The translations under genes were made by a program, and so were the position numbers. A stretch of 62,753 nt of DNA, filler included, from Hausera hauseri (Eukaryota): the NCBI GenBank assembly GCA_046269625.1. It is 11 parts of 11 records of this genome, joined end to end, with 100 filler letters (N's around TTAATTAATTAA, not from the genome) between each part and the next. Parts side by side here need not be neighbours in the genome. Positions count along the whole stretch, not along the records: positions 36,849 to 44,462 come from JBJURY010004680.1; positions 44,563 to 48,565 come from JBJURY010826750.1; positions 48,666 to 55,465 come from JBJURY010064217.1; 8 more parts are not named here. One strand, written 5' to 3'. The notes under the pieces were generated by a model that saw nothing but the letters and a program-made list of their open reading frames with translations, made no database searches and was not told the origin of the DNA. Below, piece by piece: positions 40,601 through 54,529 of the stretch (positions are counted from its first letter, which is position 1; every line of letters begins with the position of its first letter).

Positions 40601-41200
40601 AACGAATGAATCGGAGAATTCAATTATTCTATCAACAAAAGTTGCACATGACCAAAAAGATTGGTAACTAAATCTTAAAACCACAGCCTTTGCAATTAAC
40701 ACTACACCTACAAAGAGTACCGACCATTCGCCATTCGAACTGATGTTTGGCAGATTGCCACTTCTACCATTGGATACAGAGTTGTTGCCATCTTCGCTGA
40801 AAACAAGTGATTATATGGATGACCAATACCAAAACTTGTTAAAGAGACTTGAATATTTTCAAACGGAAGCCAAAATATAAAGCTGGTTATAAGAAAGGAT
40901 TTAATAAGAAAGCTCGTTTACATGCGCATAAAACTGCCGATTATATAATGATACATTACCCCGCCGTTAAGAAAGGAAAATCCATAATGCTAACACGTAC
41001 CGGACAAGGACCGTACAAAGTGGTAGATGTCCATCCTCAAACTGTTTTTATAGAGAAAGGGTAGGATAAATACGAAGCTGTATTTGTAAAACGAGTTACG
41101 AGAGACCCCGCCTCGTATAATGAATTCATACGACAAACAAAGCTATATTCACCGGAAGTGGTAAAACCTAAAGCAGCCGAATGATAAGAAATCTAATGGT
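37633..41200 (+). pseudogene. Decayed Gypsy pol (PR-RT-RNH-IN) of the large-element clade
   Basis: AMVDTEASVSL, PKWYPTP (shared with 15149-16430), FILKTDSS, TELQLLAI, HDSHLAAH, TSYHPQCN, HYPAVKKGKSIMLTRTGQGPY (shared with the 16200 region). Confidence 0.9.
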
Positions 41201-41236
41201 TACCGAGTTCACATAATATCGGGTAGATACTACGGT

Positions 41237-42620
41237 ATGGTTTTACTTATCCTACTCACGTTTTTCTGGAAACCTACAGCCACTTCAGACAACAATACTG
41301 ATGTACAAATAGCTAATTTCGAATTGGTCCAACGCACTACCATTACTCATGTCAACACAAGTAAACCTAGTATTTGCTTTAGGACGTATTTACCAGTATA
41401 TTCACGGCACGACGAAAATTACAAAAATTCAAGTCATCGGAGAATATATCGACCAGCTGTATAATCCCAGAAAAACACTATAAAACTTGTTATCAATTGC
41501 GATACAATACATCTTATAGCTATTACGTACTAGTAAAAACTTTTGATCACTATGAAAATCACAAATGGAAATCAGACATAAATATGCATATTCCAACTCA
41601 TGAGACCATCACAAGCCTGGCTAAATCAGACATAGAAAATTACGACGAGTTTTCCGCCCAATTCTTAGAGACTAATGTCGAAATCTCAGACGTAGATCTA
41701 AATCCCCCATCCATCAAGTTCCGAACTACACAACTATTGACCACTGGATATGAAATCAATATGTGGTATGATTCTTACGCCAGATATTTGCCTCAGCCAC
41801 ATTTCTGTCACCTCAGTGGAACACATGCTTAGACGTGCTGTACCCTCTGTACAGATGTTTGGTACTCAAATCGTTTTTATATGTACTTAAGGCTAAACTA
41901 CAATCCTAGTAACCGAATTCATTCTTACGGATTACTAATCTTTATCTTTGTCAAACATAAACAACTGAACCCGATCTCAAGCTCGGTTGCAAGTACAACT
42001 ACTGCAGCAAGACTTACTACAATTAATACCACATCAACTACAGGAGTAGTCATCCCCAAGAGTAGGATAAAGAAGAATGACAATTATGATGGTGATATTC
42101 TCAAATTAAAATTAAAATTAAAGCCGAAAATAAACAAACATATATTTCATACAAAACTTATGAAGGATTCCCCAATAAAAGTAAGATTAACACCTTACAC
42201 AAATCGAATTGAGATAATTCTTCCTCAGAAAATAAAAGAAGAAAATATAGTGATAACCTGCACTAATATGTATGGAAAAGTTTGAATCAAATATAATAAA
42301 AATAAAACGACCTTTTACGCAGAGTTAATTCCTGACACAAATTACCTAGTGTCGATAAAGGCATGGGATAATGGTAAACTTTTGGCAATAAAGACGTTGC
42401 CTATATGAACACATAAGATATAATGAGGAAGACGAAAAACTTAGAATAACCACATATGCACCATTAATAACAGATATATTTTACAAAATATTGGTGGATA
42501 TTCGATGTAATAGCTGGAGTTGGCACTACTGCATTTTTAACAGCTGTTTGGGAAGAGCAAAAGATGTCGAAAGAGAAGAACGTATGAATCACAACACTCA
42601 GTAATCCGAACAAACCGAGT
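41237..42620 (+). pseudogene. Env-position type-I membrane protein with Thr-rich stalk and FN3-like domain (decayed)
   Basis: Signal MVLLILLTFFWKPTATS; STTTAARLTTINTTSTT; YAELIPDTNYLVSIKAWDN (~42315-42372); TM-like YWWIFDVIAGVGTTAFLTAVW (~42489-42551). Confidence 0.65.
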
Positions 42621-44039
42621 TTATGCTACAATAGAACCCTACTCAGCCCTTAAGGATAGAACAAAAGAAACAGATGGAGAAACTAATGAATTACAGGATA
42701 TTGAAGGTACAGTATCAATAATATCAGACAGAAAAGAAAACAGACATACAACATTTTGTTTCATACCAATTTTAGTATTAAGATTCATTAAAAATATCCC
42801 TAAGAATCAATTGGAGGAATTGGTTACAAACTGTTCACTGAAAACCGTTACTATTGGAGGACTAATCATTATGGTTCAAATCATTACAAGTAGAATTTTA
42901 ACCAATCAGAGAAAACATAACTCAATGCAAATTTTCATTGCTCAACTGATCAAATTTAGCCAGTGTGTCAAAAACGATTATAAATTGGAGTTACTTACTT
43001 GAAATTCTGATAAAATGCCAAAACGAAACAACTTTCAGTATCAAGCTCCCAAAATGGGGAGCCTCAATCAAAGTAAAAAGCAAGTTGGAAATCAGACACA
43101 GACAGATCCTAGAAAAAAGAATATAACCCGAAAAATTCTGGCTATCATATTGTCATCTCATCGTGGAATCAGACGCCTCTCCGCCGCAGAACAAAACATG
43201 TCCATCGTATTCTACAAAAGGATAATACAACATCCTGGAGAAAAGATATGTAAATTCGGAGAGATTCCAAACTACTTCAAATGTGGAGAGCTTCGCAACA
43301 GACTACTCATTCCTCTTAAAATAGTCAAAATTAACACAAAATATCAACTACCAAAGCTAGCTGAAAATAATGTCTGAATCGCAATACAAGTAGTTTAGGG
43401 AAAAGTCGAAATAAAATTTCACGGATCAGATAAGGAAACTGATAACGTAAGTCAGAAGTCGGATAACGATGAAGACCAGATAGAAATTATACATAATCAG
43501 GAATCAATCCAGATTAATTAGCCTTGGGAACCAGACCGCATACAGTTGGTCACAAAAAATGATGACCATCAAATGACTTGAAATATTAAAGACAAAAATA
43601 ATTCATCACTGGCCAGAACCGATGAAGTTTAAAGAGGAACCATCAGAAAAAAAACTAGGGAAAGAAACCATAACATTTTATTGACAAGCAAAACGAGAAG
43701 CACGCGAATGGACTTCCAAAAAGCGCAAGCTGAATTCATCAAATGCATTATGGGATTTAAAGCCGTTGCCTTAGAGGTCCACAAAGTTTTTAAAGCATTG
43801 CACATACCAGTGACTATCGCTAGTGCAATATTCGACCCAATGAGATGTCTAGAAAGAATTAATGAAGAAGCAATCACCAACATAAGTCAAATGGCCAAAA
43901 CCATGGGATTACTGAAATACCAGAGTATCATTGTAGGTGTGGTGCCCACAGCGGTCGGTGCCGTTTGCCCATTTTGTCAGGCACGGTCGGGTTTTTGTTG
44001 CCGCCGCGTCGGGTCCATAGTCGGTCCCGATCTTCCGCT

Positions 44040-44462
44040 TCGACATTTTACAATTTCTCGAGTCTTCCGATTTTCAGCCGAATATTGCAAAGTACATTGA
44101 TCAAAAATTTGTCTGTCAGCTACTCGAATTGTTTGATACAAAACATCCTCGAGAACGAGATTTTCTCAAAACTCTGTTACACCGGATATATGGGAAATTT
44201 TTAGGATTAAGAGCAAACATTAGGAAACAAATAAATTATACTTATTATCGATTCATTTACGAACATGAATGTCACCATGATGTTGCCAAGTTGCTACATA
44301 TTCTCGGATGTATCATAAACGGGTTTGCTCTTCCTCTTAAAGAAGAACATACTTAAATAAGAACATTCTATTCCGTTTTCTGCTACCTCTTCACAAAGCA
44401 AAATTACTAAGTGTATACCATCCTCAATTGGCATACTGCGTTGTTCAATTTCTCAAAAAAGA
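44040..44462 (+). pseudogene. PPP2R5: PP2A B'/B56 regulatory subunit (PPP2R5) fragment, decayed
   Basis: [48 protein letters not shown]...[38 protein letters not shown]. Contains stops and frameshifts. Confidence 0.9.
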
Positions 44463-45347
44463 NNNNNNNNNNNNNNNNNNNNNNNNNNNNNNNNNNNNNN
44501 NNNNNNTTAATTAATTAANNNNNNNNNNNNNNNNNNNNNNNNNNNNNNNNNNNNNNNNNNNNTTTCGTTCTTGAACGCAGTATTTTCAATTTTCAGACAA
44601 ATCATGTGTCATCTTACAAAACAAAATCTATGCACAAAAGTTCTCTTTGCAATTTGTGTATATGTTCCAGCATTCGCTTTTGAGATGAACTGTTTCATAT
44701 AATACTGCTTTCAAGAAAGTTTTTTGTTGGTGTTGGAATGTGTATTTTGAAGGACGATCATAAATCGAAATTAGAAGTATCCGGGTTGTTTTACAAGTGC
44801 CAATCATCTATGCCAAGAATCCCACCATCATCAGACTCATTGAGGATTTGTAAGAATTATTTGGAAGGAAATGTACGTCAACGTAACTTTATCAATAAAG
44901 AACAGCTTAAATTGGTATTATCAATGAACAAATGTATACATATTTCAACAAATTGGGTATCCATACAACTACAGTTCATAATTGAACTAAATCAATCATT
45001 ATAAAACTCCAGATTTTATTCAATTGAATAAGTTTGTTAAAAATGCTAACATCTGATTGATTAAAATTTCATTTGAACTAATAGTACTTATTTCGAATGA
45101 CATCAAATTAATATATCGACATTAAAAATTGCATAACAACCAGTATCAAACAAAACGACTGGCAGTTCATTGCAAGATTGATGAGATAATTACGCTTTAC
45201 CATTGTATTGAATGACTCAACCGATTACATAACGATTTCATTGCGTGACAGGGAATTTATTGCATTTGAAAATTTCGTAATAAATTTATAAAAAATTTTA
45301 TTTGAAAACCAAACGAAAATTTCCTTCAAATGTTTTATTTTACATAG

Positions 45348-46477
45348 AAACCTCGTCGAAGATGTAACAAATCTACATTACCTCGCTATGTGTTCTTCAC
45401 TCTACCGTCTCACATTGGCCGGCAATCCGCTTTGCGATCCGACCAAATTCAAAAGCCCTGACTCATATCGCCAGAATGTTATAGACTCAATTCACCAACT
45501 CGAATTTCTCGATGACATCCCTGTAAATAGCCACACGAATCGTAGACGACAAGACAGTACTGGCGATGATTGTAATGTCGATACATCCAATGCAACATTG
45601 GAATTTGAATCCCATTGGAACTTCATTAACAAAGTACTGATAGAGTCCGGTTTATTAGCCGAGTCGGAAAACGTTAAAGCGGAAGAAAGCGTAATTTCCG
45701 ACGACAGCGGACGACCGTCGTCATCGTACAATTCATCGTCAGGACGGCCGAATTCATCGAATCGACCATTGTCAGCACAACGACGAAATCTAACAACGGC
45801 CCTTTCTCGACCGACTTCATCCGGTCTAAGACCGGCAACGAGCAGCACGAATGACAGTTTAAACGGTTAAGAACAAAAATTCAATTATCGTTACAAAATA
45901 ATTTAATTGATGGTTTAGACTCCAAGCCAGACGATTCTAACTTAACGGCAGGTCGTGTCGTATGCGGCAATATTACGAAGTCTCTCAGGCGGCGAAGCAG
46001 TGAGCAGACGATCTCAACGAAGATCATTCATGAACCGAGACCGACATCAACAGTTGTCGATGGCAAATTTGATTTCGAAGAGAATTGTGATAAAGTGTTG
46101 ACGGAACTTAATGAATGGCGGAAACAATATGAAAAGTAAAACTGTAAGTTTCAATCAAATTAAAAAAATGTAGATCAAAACAACGAATCGAAAAAAGCCG
46201 AACAGCCGACATACTAACAGTTGACTATACCGACAAACAAATCGAAGAAGTCATTATTGAAAAATCAAAAAATCGGTCAATCGATAAAACCGAAATCAAA
46301 CTAATCCCAATAAGAAAACCCAATCCAAATACAATTTTATTAACAAACAATTCCAATCAGCCAACGACAACATCGACGAATCTCAATAAAATCCGAAAAC
46401 AATTCCTTCAAACTGGAACGACACCAATAGCGCCATCTAAACCACTTTTAAAAAAACTCGACAAGTATAAAAATTGA
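45348..46477 (+). CDS. LRRC56: LRRC56-like cilia protein, 3' exons (45348-45865, 45919-46135, 46174-46477)
   Basis: LRR/LRRcap NLVEDVTNLHYLAMCSSLYRLTLAGNPLC..YRQNVIDSIHQLEFLDDIP and the SNLTAGRVVCGNITKSLRRR signature. Frame stays open after removing GT-AG introns of 53 and 38 nt. Confidence 0.75.
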
Positions 46478-48665
46478 AACCACTTGTAACGTAGACGTCT
46501 TTTTTCGGTTCCGTTGATTTACTTTCCTACGTATCCGAATGAACTGACCAATTAGTATTGCATTTTTCTGGGACTAATATAAGGTTTTTTCGAAGTCGTC
46601 AATTGGCTGAAATTGAAAAAAAAAATCCAACGAGATGTTAAATAATATCGCATGAACTGTAAATGGCTGTGATATTACAAAACTGCATTTCACAACCGAA
46701 TACAGTCATGAAATATCAATGACACTGTTAATCGATCATGACGTTTGGCAATTAGAACTCTGAAAGACCAGCTTAACACACTCACTTTGATGCCAGAGTG
46801 TTCAAACTTGTCTTTCAAAGATGACATTGCATTTCTAAGCTTTTCAAAATAAGTTAACAAACATAATTATTTATAGTAAATCTAATGAGATTATGTAATA
46901 TGATCAGCCAATAATTTGCCACCGTTTAGTCAATCGACAATAAAATAACCAACGGAGATAAATATATTGGGCTTTGTGTCACAATGCAATTGCCTGATTA
47001 CGATGCGTGTGTGTGTGCCGTGAAACTAGACAGGAATGAGTCAGACGTGAAGTTGTAACTGCGCCATCCTACAATGAATGAACACAATACTTAGCGTACA
47101 TTGCAGTTTGCCTGATTGATTAATTTTTTTCGAAATTAAAATAACAACATTCAAAATTCAAATGCAAAACTTTATTATAAATTCATCGCACAGATTTATT
47201 AAGCAGCATTCATCGTTCGTAACTCTTGTAAGAGACTAATGGACTTTTCAATTTTAAGAACCATTAATTTTGTCATATCAGAGCCACATTGAAAGTTCTT
47301 TTTTAGAAATACTTTAAGACAGAGTAGCGGAAGTATTCGTCTTGCTATTTCAACAACATTTATTCCTGCTTATGCTTCCTGTTTCCTGTCCTCCCAAGCA
47401 TGCTTCCTCCTCTACAACCTCTGCTGTTCCTTCATCACCATTGTACGGTGGCCCTGAAGGACAAACCAAAGAAACCAAACACATCTACAGTTCCTTTATG
47501 AGGATAAGCGACAGTTCCAGTTTGTGATTGGACAGAATCCAAGCTTTAGATTGATGTCAGTTCCTGTTTCTGTTGCGGAACCCACCTCCCCTCTTCATTT
47601 TTATCAGTCCCCTTCCAGTAAACTAAGATAAGTGTCAGGTGGTCCATTAAGTACTTTACATCCAGGAACAACTTGATTTCTGACAGATGTTTTATACTGT
47701 GTTTGGTGATTTGTCTTATGACTCAGTTTAATCTCATTTAGTTTTAGATTGGTTAAAGTAAACTGAAATTGTGGCCACTTGATCCAATTTGTTCAACATA
47801 TGAAGACAACTTTGGAAAAAGTCGTTAAAATTTGGTATTTATTGCTCGTACTTCTTGCCTATTGTCAAACAAGTGGAATAAAAGCTCTGATCCCCTCAAA
47901 AAACCTTATGGAATGTGATGCCCTACATACCATGTACACACCCTGATTTATTATCAGATGTCCATGTTTTTTGTTGGGTGTTCCCACCCTAAAGTGTAAC
48001 AACTAACAGTTCCTTAGCCCTTTATTTAATGTTCACCTTTTTCCTCTGCAGAGCCTGNNNNNNNNNNGAACATTACTGAGGAGGAACAAGTCTTAATGCT
48101 GGAATGGATGATGATAAAAATACAAACATGACAACCAACTTAAAAATGTACTTATTGCATTGTGATTCTGGTTAAACAAGCAAACAAAAAAAACACATTA
48201 CTAAACAGGGGTTTATGTGAATCTGAGCTCCACATTCATCTAATTTTCTCCAAACTTTAAGCAAGCAAAATTCTAGAGGCTTTCTGTCAAAATGATGCGT
48301 AATATATCATTTCACTTTTTAAAAAGACACATTATTATTTAAACCTTCCAACTGTTTACTTCATTTTGTCAGAAACATTAAGAAAAGATATGGTTCACAT
48401 TCTTGATTTGTTCTCCATTTTCAAAAACTGTCGGGACTTACAGAAACTTTTTTTTACACGGAGATGACATTTCTTTAACGCAGACAGAAATTGCACTTCC
48501 AAGTGTTTGAGCTGAAGCCATAAAATGATCTAGCTAGATTAGCTTTGCTGTGTGAATGCTGAAATNNNNNNNNNNNNNNNNNNNNNNNNNNNNNNNNNNN
48601 NNNNNNNNNTTAATTAATTAANNNNNNNNNNNNNNNNNNNNNNNNNNNNNNNNNNNNNNNNNNNN

Positions 48666-51421
48666 CGAAAATCAATCTGTTTCATGTGTGCCATAAACTT
48701 GATGAGGAATGCATCACAATCTTTCTTCTTGTTGGGAGCTTGTAGAAGATCCACAGGGCATAGAGGACTTTTTCCTGTAACAGATTGAAAAGGTGAGAAA
48801 CCAGTTTCATCGGGCATACAGCGAAGACTGAAGAGAACAACAGGAAGAGACAGCAACCAATCTTGCTTTCTCGCCATCAGTGCAGTCTTAAGAACACGAT
48901 GAAGACGCTCACATTTTCCATTGCTCTCAGGATGATAGCTAGAAGTTCTAAGTCGATGAAATCCAATAATCTTCGATAATTCTGAGAAGAATTCACTCTC
49001 AAACTGAGCTCCTTTGTCCGATATTACATAGAGCGGAACGCTAAATCTGGAAATCCATTGCATAAAGGCATATGCAACTGAAGGAGCAGTAGTATTGACA
49101 AGAGGGTAAGCTTCCATCCACTTAGTGTTTCTGTCGACGCAGGTGAGAAGGTACTTGAAGACAGGCGACGAAGTGCCATGAAGAGAAGCGGGTGGAAGAG
49201 GACCGACGATGTCAATATGCACAGTCTCGAGTCTGGAGGATGGAATTTCCATTGGCAAGACAGGAGGCTTTGTATGGCGGTGGATCTTGGAAACTTGACA
49301 GTCTTGACAAGCACGAACCCAATCTCTTATATCGCGATCCATGTTCGGCCAAAAGTACCTCGCTTTCAGAAGTCGAAGAGAACCTTTTATTCCTGGATGA
49401 GACATCTGATGCAGATCGTCGTAAACGCGTCGCCGACATGATGAAGGCAAAAATGGTCGGGGGTGAGATGTAGAAGTGTCACACCAAAGTTGTAAGTTAT
49501 CTTGAAGTGGATATGGTTGAAGACGAGCAGAAAAATCCTTGAGTTCTTCATCTGTTTGTTGAAGTCTGGCAATGGCAGGAAGATCTACTGCGTCAATCTG
49601 AACTGAAGAAATGCGAGATAATGCGTCAGCAACTACATTATCTGCACCACGTATATAGAGCATCGACGATACGTATTCCGTGAGTACAGAAAGATGACGC
49701 TGTTGACGATCACTTTTTGCAGGAGTTTTACTGTAGAAAGCTGATACAAGCGGTTTGTGATCTGAACACAGGACAACAGTTCTTCCTTCCAACATGTGCT
49801 TGAAATGGAGCACAGCGAAGTATGCAGCCAATAATTCTCGATCAAAAGCGGAGTACTTCTGCTGTGGAACTGAAAGCTTCTTGCTATAGAAGTCAATGGG
49901 AACTGGTTGACCATCCACCATCTGATGGAGAGCTGCTCCAATAGCAACTTGACTACTATCTGTCACCAGCTGAAGATGCGATACATTCGGTATGGAAAAC
50001 GGCAGAGTCGTGGCGTTCTGGAGTAGATTCTTCATGTTATCAAAAGCTTGAATTTCTTCTTGAGTCCAGGATAAAGACTTGCTTTTTGGAAAATGTTTAG
50101 CTTTCTCTGAGAGTAGGAATATATGATTGGCAAAATTTGGAATGAAACGTCTGTAGAAACCAATCATGCCCAAAAATCTTCTGAGAGAAGGTGAATCTTG
50201 AGGCAAAGGATACTCTGATATTTCTGTCTTCTTGGAGTCAGGAGCACTGAGACCGTCAGCAGATATAGAATATCCCAGAAATTGAAGACTAGTTTTGAAA
50301 AATTCGCACTTTTGCAAACTGATTTTGAAGTTGTTATCATGAAGGATGGCGAAAACTTGACGAAGATGATCCTTGTGTTCTTCTTCAGATGATGAAAATA
50401 CCAGTAAATCATCGACATAGCAAAAAATGAATGGTATGTCTCTGAAGATGGTATCCATCACTCGTTGAAAAGTAGAGCTGGCGTTTCTGAGACCGAAAGG
50501 CATGGTCACAAATTCATAAAGACCAAAAGGAGTAGTAACAGCTGTTTTCTCAATATCCTCTGGGCGAATGGGGATCTGATGGTAGGCTCGTTGCAAATCG
50601 ATCTTGCTGAACGTTGTTGAGCCATGCAGATGTTGAGAGACAGACTGAATATGTGGGATCGAGTAGCGATCTTCCTTGGTAATGGAGTTGAGAGCTCGAA
50701 AATCTCCACAAGGTCTCCAACTTCCTGGTGTCTTCTTAGCCACGAGGTGAAGCGGGGAAGCCCATGCAGACTTCGAAGGTCGAATAATACCAGATTCTAA
50801 GAGAATCTTGAATTCAGCTTTTGCAGCTTGGAGTTTATCTTCGGCTAAACGACGAGGTCGGGCAAAAACAGGAGTAGAGTCACCAGTCTCGATGTAATGG
50901 AAGGGTCCAGTAGTTCGACGAGTCATCGTAGAGACGTTTAACGGACTGGTGAGTGAAGGGTAATCTGTCAGCAAGCTCGAAACCACAGGATGTTCATGTT
51001 CACTGAGATGGAAAATAACATCAGGAATCTTTTCTGCAACAACAGTGAGTGATGCTAGCAAATTTGTCTTCTTATCTAGTATAGTCTTCTGACCACAATC
51101 AATGACCAGGCCATAGTGATGTAGAAGGTCAAATCCAAGTATGGGTGTTGTGATGTCAGCAACAAGGAAGGTCCAAGCAAATTCACGTCGAAGAGATCGA
51201 ATTCCAATCAAAGTAGAGACTTCTCCAAAACACTTGATAGGCGTACCATTAGCAGCGGAGCAAGTGACGCTGGTAGGAGTCAACGAGATATTTGGTACAC
51301 TTGACAGAGGTATGCTGGATATTGAAGCACCGGTGTCTAATAGCCATGATTGTTGAGCGCCGAAGATCTGAGCTTTGATGGTAAACTGCGAACTGATTAA
51401 GGCGCAGACATCAGCTCGCAC
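48666..51421 (-). CDS. pol: Intact Ty3/Gypsy Pol (PR-RT-RNH-IN), 3' end cut by contig edge
   Basis: [56 protein letters not shown]. Uninterrupted ORF in the -1 frame relative to gag. Confidence 0.97.
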
Positions 51422-51423
51422 TG

Positions 51424-52209
51424 TTAGTTTTCCGTAGGTGTTCTGACAGGTGAAGAAGATCGTGATGGAGCAGGAGAAGAGGGGCGAGACGATGGCAACA
51501 TCCTAGTTCGTTCTTTGTTCGGCCACCTACACCAGGGCTTACATGTCCTTGCACTGGACGCAAAGTAAAGGTGGGCTCTGCAAACTCTTGGTTTCTGGTC
51601 AGCGGAGAAAGGACGTACTCCAATCGGAATGGAAGAGGTCGAAGTCGGGGGAGGAGCTGGCTTTGTATCCTTAGCTGAGATGGCAGCAACTGTAGCAGGA
51701 ACTATCGAGACCAAGTGATTGGCGAGTTGTCCTAACTGGTCTAAAGATATCCCAGTTTGAGCGGCTACAGCTGAGCGAATGGATTCTGGCAGACTTTGAA
51801 TGAACTGCATACGTACAAGGTCGTCGCTGATTCCCAACTTGGAAGCTTTGTTCATAAGGTCCCGGAGAAATATCGCAGGTTTACCGGTGTACGTGTGCTT
51901 AGAGACAAAGTCGTTGAACATCTCCACTTTGCTCTGTTCAAAAATAGACACCACTGCAGACTTCAAAGTGGTGTAATTCTCGGCATCCAGAACCGTAGAA
52001 GTCACTCGGTCGAGGATATCGGAAGGAAGCTGCGAGAGAGCATGCCAATATCTGGTCCTCTCGCTGGTAATCCTAGCCAACTGGAATTGAGCTTCCAGCA
52101 CACGGAACCAAGTAGGAACCGAGGTTTCACTAAAAATAGGAACCTTAATTCTCACCTGAGCCAATCTCTCCTCTTGAAGCTGCTGATCTTGGGCGTCGTC
52201 GTCGGGCAT
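51424..52209 (-). CDS. gag: Gypsy Gag with C-x2-H-x9-C-x3-C motif
   Basis: [20 protein letters not shown] ... [18 protein letters not shown]. Ends at slippery G_GAA_AAC TAA. Confidence 0.93.
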   Translation of the reverse strand: MPDDDAQDQQLQEERLAQVRIKVPIFSETSVPTWFRVLEAQFQLARITSERTRYWHALSQLPSDILDRVTSTVLDAENYTTLKSAVVSIFEQSKVEMFNDFVSKHTYTGKPAIFLRDLMNKASKLGISDDLVRMQFIQSLPESIRSAVAAQTGISLDQLGQLANHLVSIVPATVAAISAKDTKPAPPPTSTSSIPIGVRPFSADQKPRVCRAHLYFASSARTCKPWCRWPNKERTRMLPSSRPSSPAPSRSSSPVRTPTEN

Positions 52210-52242
52210 CTTGAAGACGGGTCACTCCAGGAAGTTCACCAA

Positions 52243-52795
52243 TGTGGCGGAGGGGGCTTGAAGGCTTGGCTGGGTTTTTCTCTTCGACGACGCTTGAGCA
52301 GCTCCAGAGATATCGACCCAACTTCTACTTCGTAGGCTGATTCGAACACACCCTAATTTGTTTCACTCACAAGGTTAAAGGAAACAAGCCTATAAGATAG
52401 GCAGATTACTTATTTATTGAATTTACAACGCTCTATATATATTGGTTATCTCGAATACATGCCGTTATTTTCAGTTTTAATTAAAGAAAACTTATTTTAT
52501 GTATGACTTTTATAAATTATTTAAATTATCAAATTAACCTTTAAAAACATATAAAATTTTTAATTCTCAATTTTTAGACTTTAATTTCTTTATTATAGTT
52601 ACTTTTTTATATACATTTTCATTTTAAATATTTCACATTATTATTTTTTCAATTAAAATATGTTCACATTCGAACTTTAAGGGTAACTATTATTTTTGCA
52701 TTATTTGCTATAATCGCTAACTTCACACGTTTTCACATTTTACTAATAACAAAATTATTTTAATATTTTTCACTTCGTTTATTATGTTCACTACA
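52243..52795 (-). repeat. LTR (~553 bp, TGTAG...CCACA) shared by two tandem elements; PBS ~52228-52241, PPT ~52796-52810
   Basis: TG...CA ends, TATA and AATAAA on the minus strand, near-identical partial copy at 54530-54718. Confidence 0.88.
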
Positions 52796-52823
52796 TACAC
52801 TTCCTTCCGGGGGAGTGGAGCGA

Positions 52824-54528
52824 TCACACTTTGAAGCGAACTTTGCGCACAGGATTCCTCCGGATTGGGGGTTCAGTAGAAGACGGAATCACGGGAGTTG
52901 CATCAGCAGGCCTCCGTTCTTGAGGGCCCACAGGAGCACTGGAAGGTCTAGAAGATACTGCTGGTGCCACAGCAGGTTTCAAACGGCTAATAGAGACAAC
53001 ATCGGAGCGACCATCGGGAAGGAGAATCTTGAAGCATCGATCCATACGCTGAAGCACTTGAAAAGGACCGGTGTATGGTGCTTGCAATGGCTTCTTGATA
53101 CGATCGACTCTAAGATACACATGAGAACATTGTGCCAAATCTTGAGGAATGTACGTTGATTGGCTGGAAGAGTGGAAAATTGGCAGGTTACGAAAATCAA
53201 TCTGTTTCATGTGTGCCATAAACTTGATGAGGAATGCATCACAATCTTTCTTCTTGTTGGGAGCTTGAAGGAGATTCATAGAGCAGAGAATATCCACTGC
53301 ACCGATAGTCATTGAAGAACTGCGGGAAAATGCGTCACAAACTAAATTATCCGTACCACGTATATAGGGCATCGATGATACGTATTTCGTGAGTACAGAG
53401 ACAATGTTGTTGACGATCACTTTTTTGCAGAAGTCTTTAATATAGAAGCTGGATACCAATGGTTTGAGATCGGAGCATGAAACGACAGCTCTTCCTTCTA
53501 GCATATGATTGAAATGGAGGATGCAGCCAATATTTCTCTATCGAAGGCGGAGTAATTTTTTTGTTTTTGCATTAATAGCTTCTTACTGTAGAAGTCAATT
53601 GGAACTGGTTGACAGTCCACCATCTAATGGAGAGTAGCACCAATAGCAATTTGACTACTAGCTGTCACAAGCTGAAGATGCGATACACTTACATTTGAGA
53701 ATTGGAAAGTTGCAGCGTTCTTGAATTGATTGTTTGCTATCAAAATCTTGAATTTTTTCTGGCGTCCAGAATAGAGACTTGGTTCTTGTGAAGCTCTTAG
53801 CTTTTTCTGAGAGGAGGAAGATATGATTGGCAAAATTGGGAATAAAGAGTCTGTAGAAACCAGTCATACCTAAAACTCTTCTGAGAGAAGGCGGGTCTTG
53901 AAGCAAAGGGTATTCTAACATTTATGTCTTCTAGGAGTCGGGAGTACTGAGACCACAAGCAGATATTGAATATCCCAAAATATGAAGAGATCTGTTTCTT
54001 ATACATAGTAGAGATGGCAGAGGCCGTGATAGGAACAAACGAGACCAAATCTTTGGCGAGTTGTCCTAACTGGTACAAAGACATCCCAGTTGGAATGGCG
54101 GTTGTAATTCGAATTGACTCAAGCAGGCTTGTTAATATTGCATATGCACAAGATAATTGCTAATTCTTATTTTGGCAACCTTATTTATTAAGCCTTGTAG
54201 AAGCATCACACGTTTGCCAGTATTCATGTTCTTGGAGACAAAATCGTTGAAAATCTCCACCTTATTCTGATCGAAAATAGACACCACTGTCGAATTGAGA
54301 GCTGTGTAGTCTCGGCGTCCAGAAACGGTGAGAGATATTCGCTCTAGAGTGTCGGCGAAAAGTTGGCAAACAGCATGCAAATATCTGATTCTCTCATAAG
54401 TGCGCTTGGAGCACCCGGAACCAGCCTTACTTAACTTAGAAAACTTAACTCTTACCTGGGCCAATATCTCCTTTGGAACTGGAGCGTCGTCGTCGGAATC
54501 TTGAAGGCAGGTCACTCCAGGGTCACCA
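52824..54528 (-). mobile_element. Internally deleted non-autonomous relative (diverged gag, RNase H piece, IN C-terminus)
   Basis: Decayed gag 53990-54515, RNH remnants and GPF-containing IN tail. 53193-53267 matches 48668-48741. PBS TGGTGACCCTGG (tRNA-Trp-like). Confidence 0.85.
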
Positions 54529-54529
54529 A

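Noticed and set aside
47300-48565. Possible decayed transposon or exon fragments
   Set aside because: No diagnostic motif or termini recognised.
51796-52335. Antisense ORFs over gag/pol (also 35647-36027, 49178-49473, 11600-11971)
   Set aside because: Shadow frames of real TE genes with no motifs.
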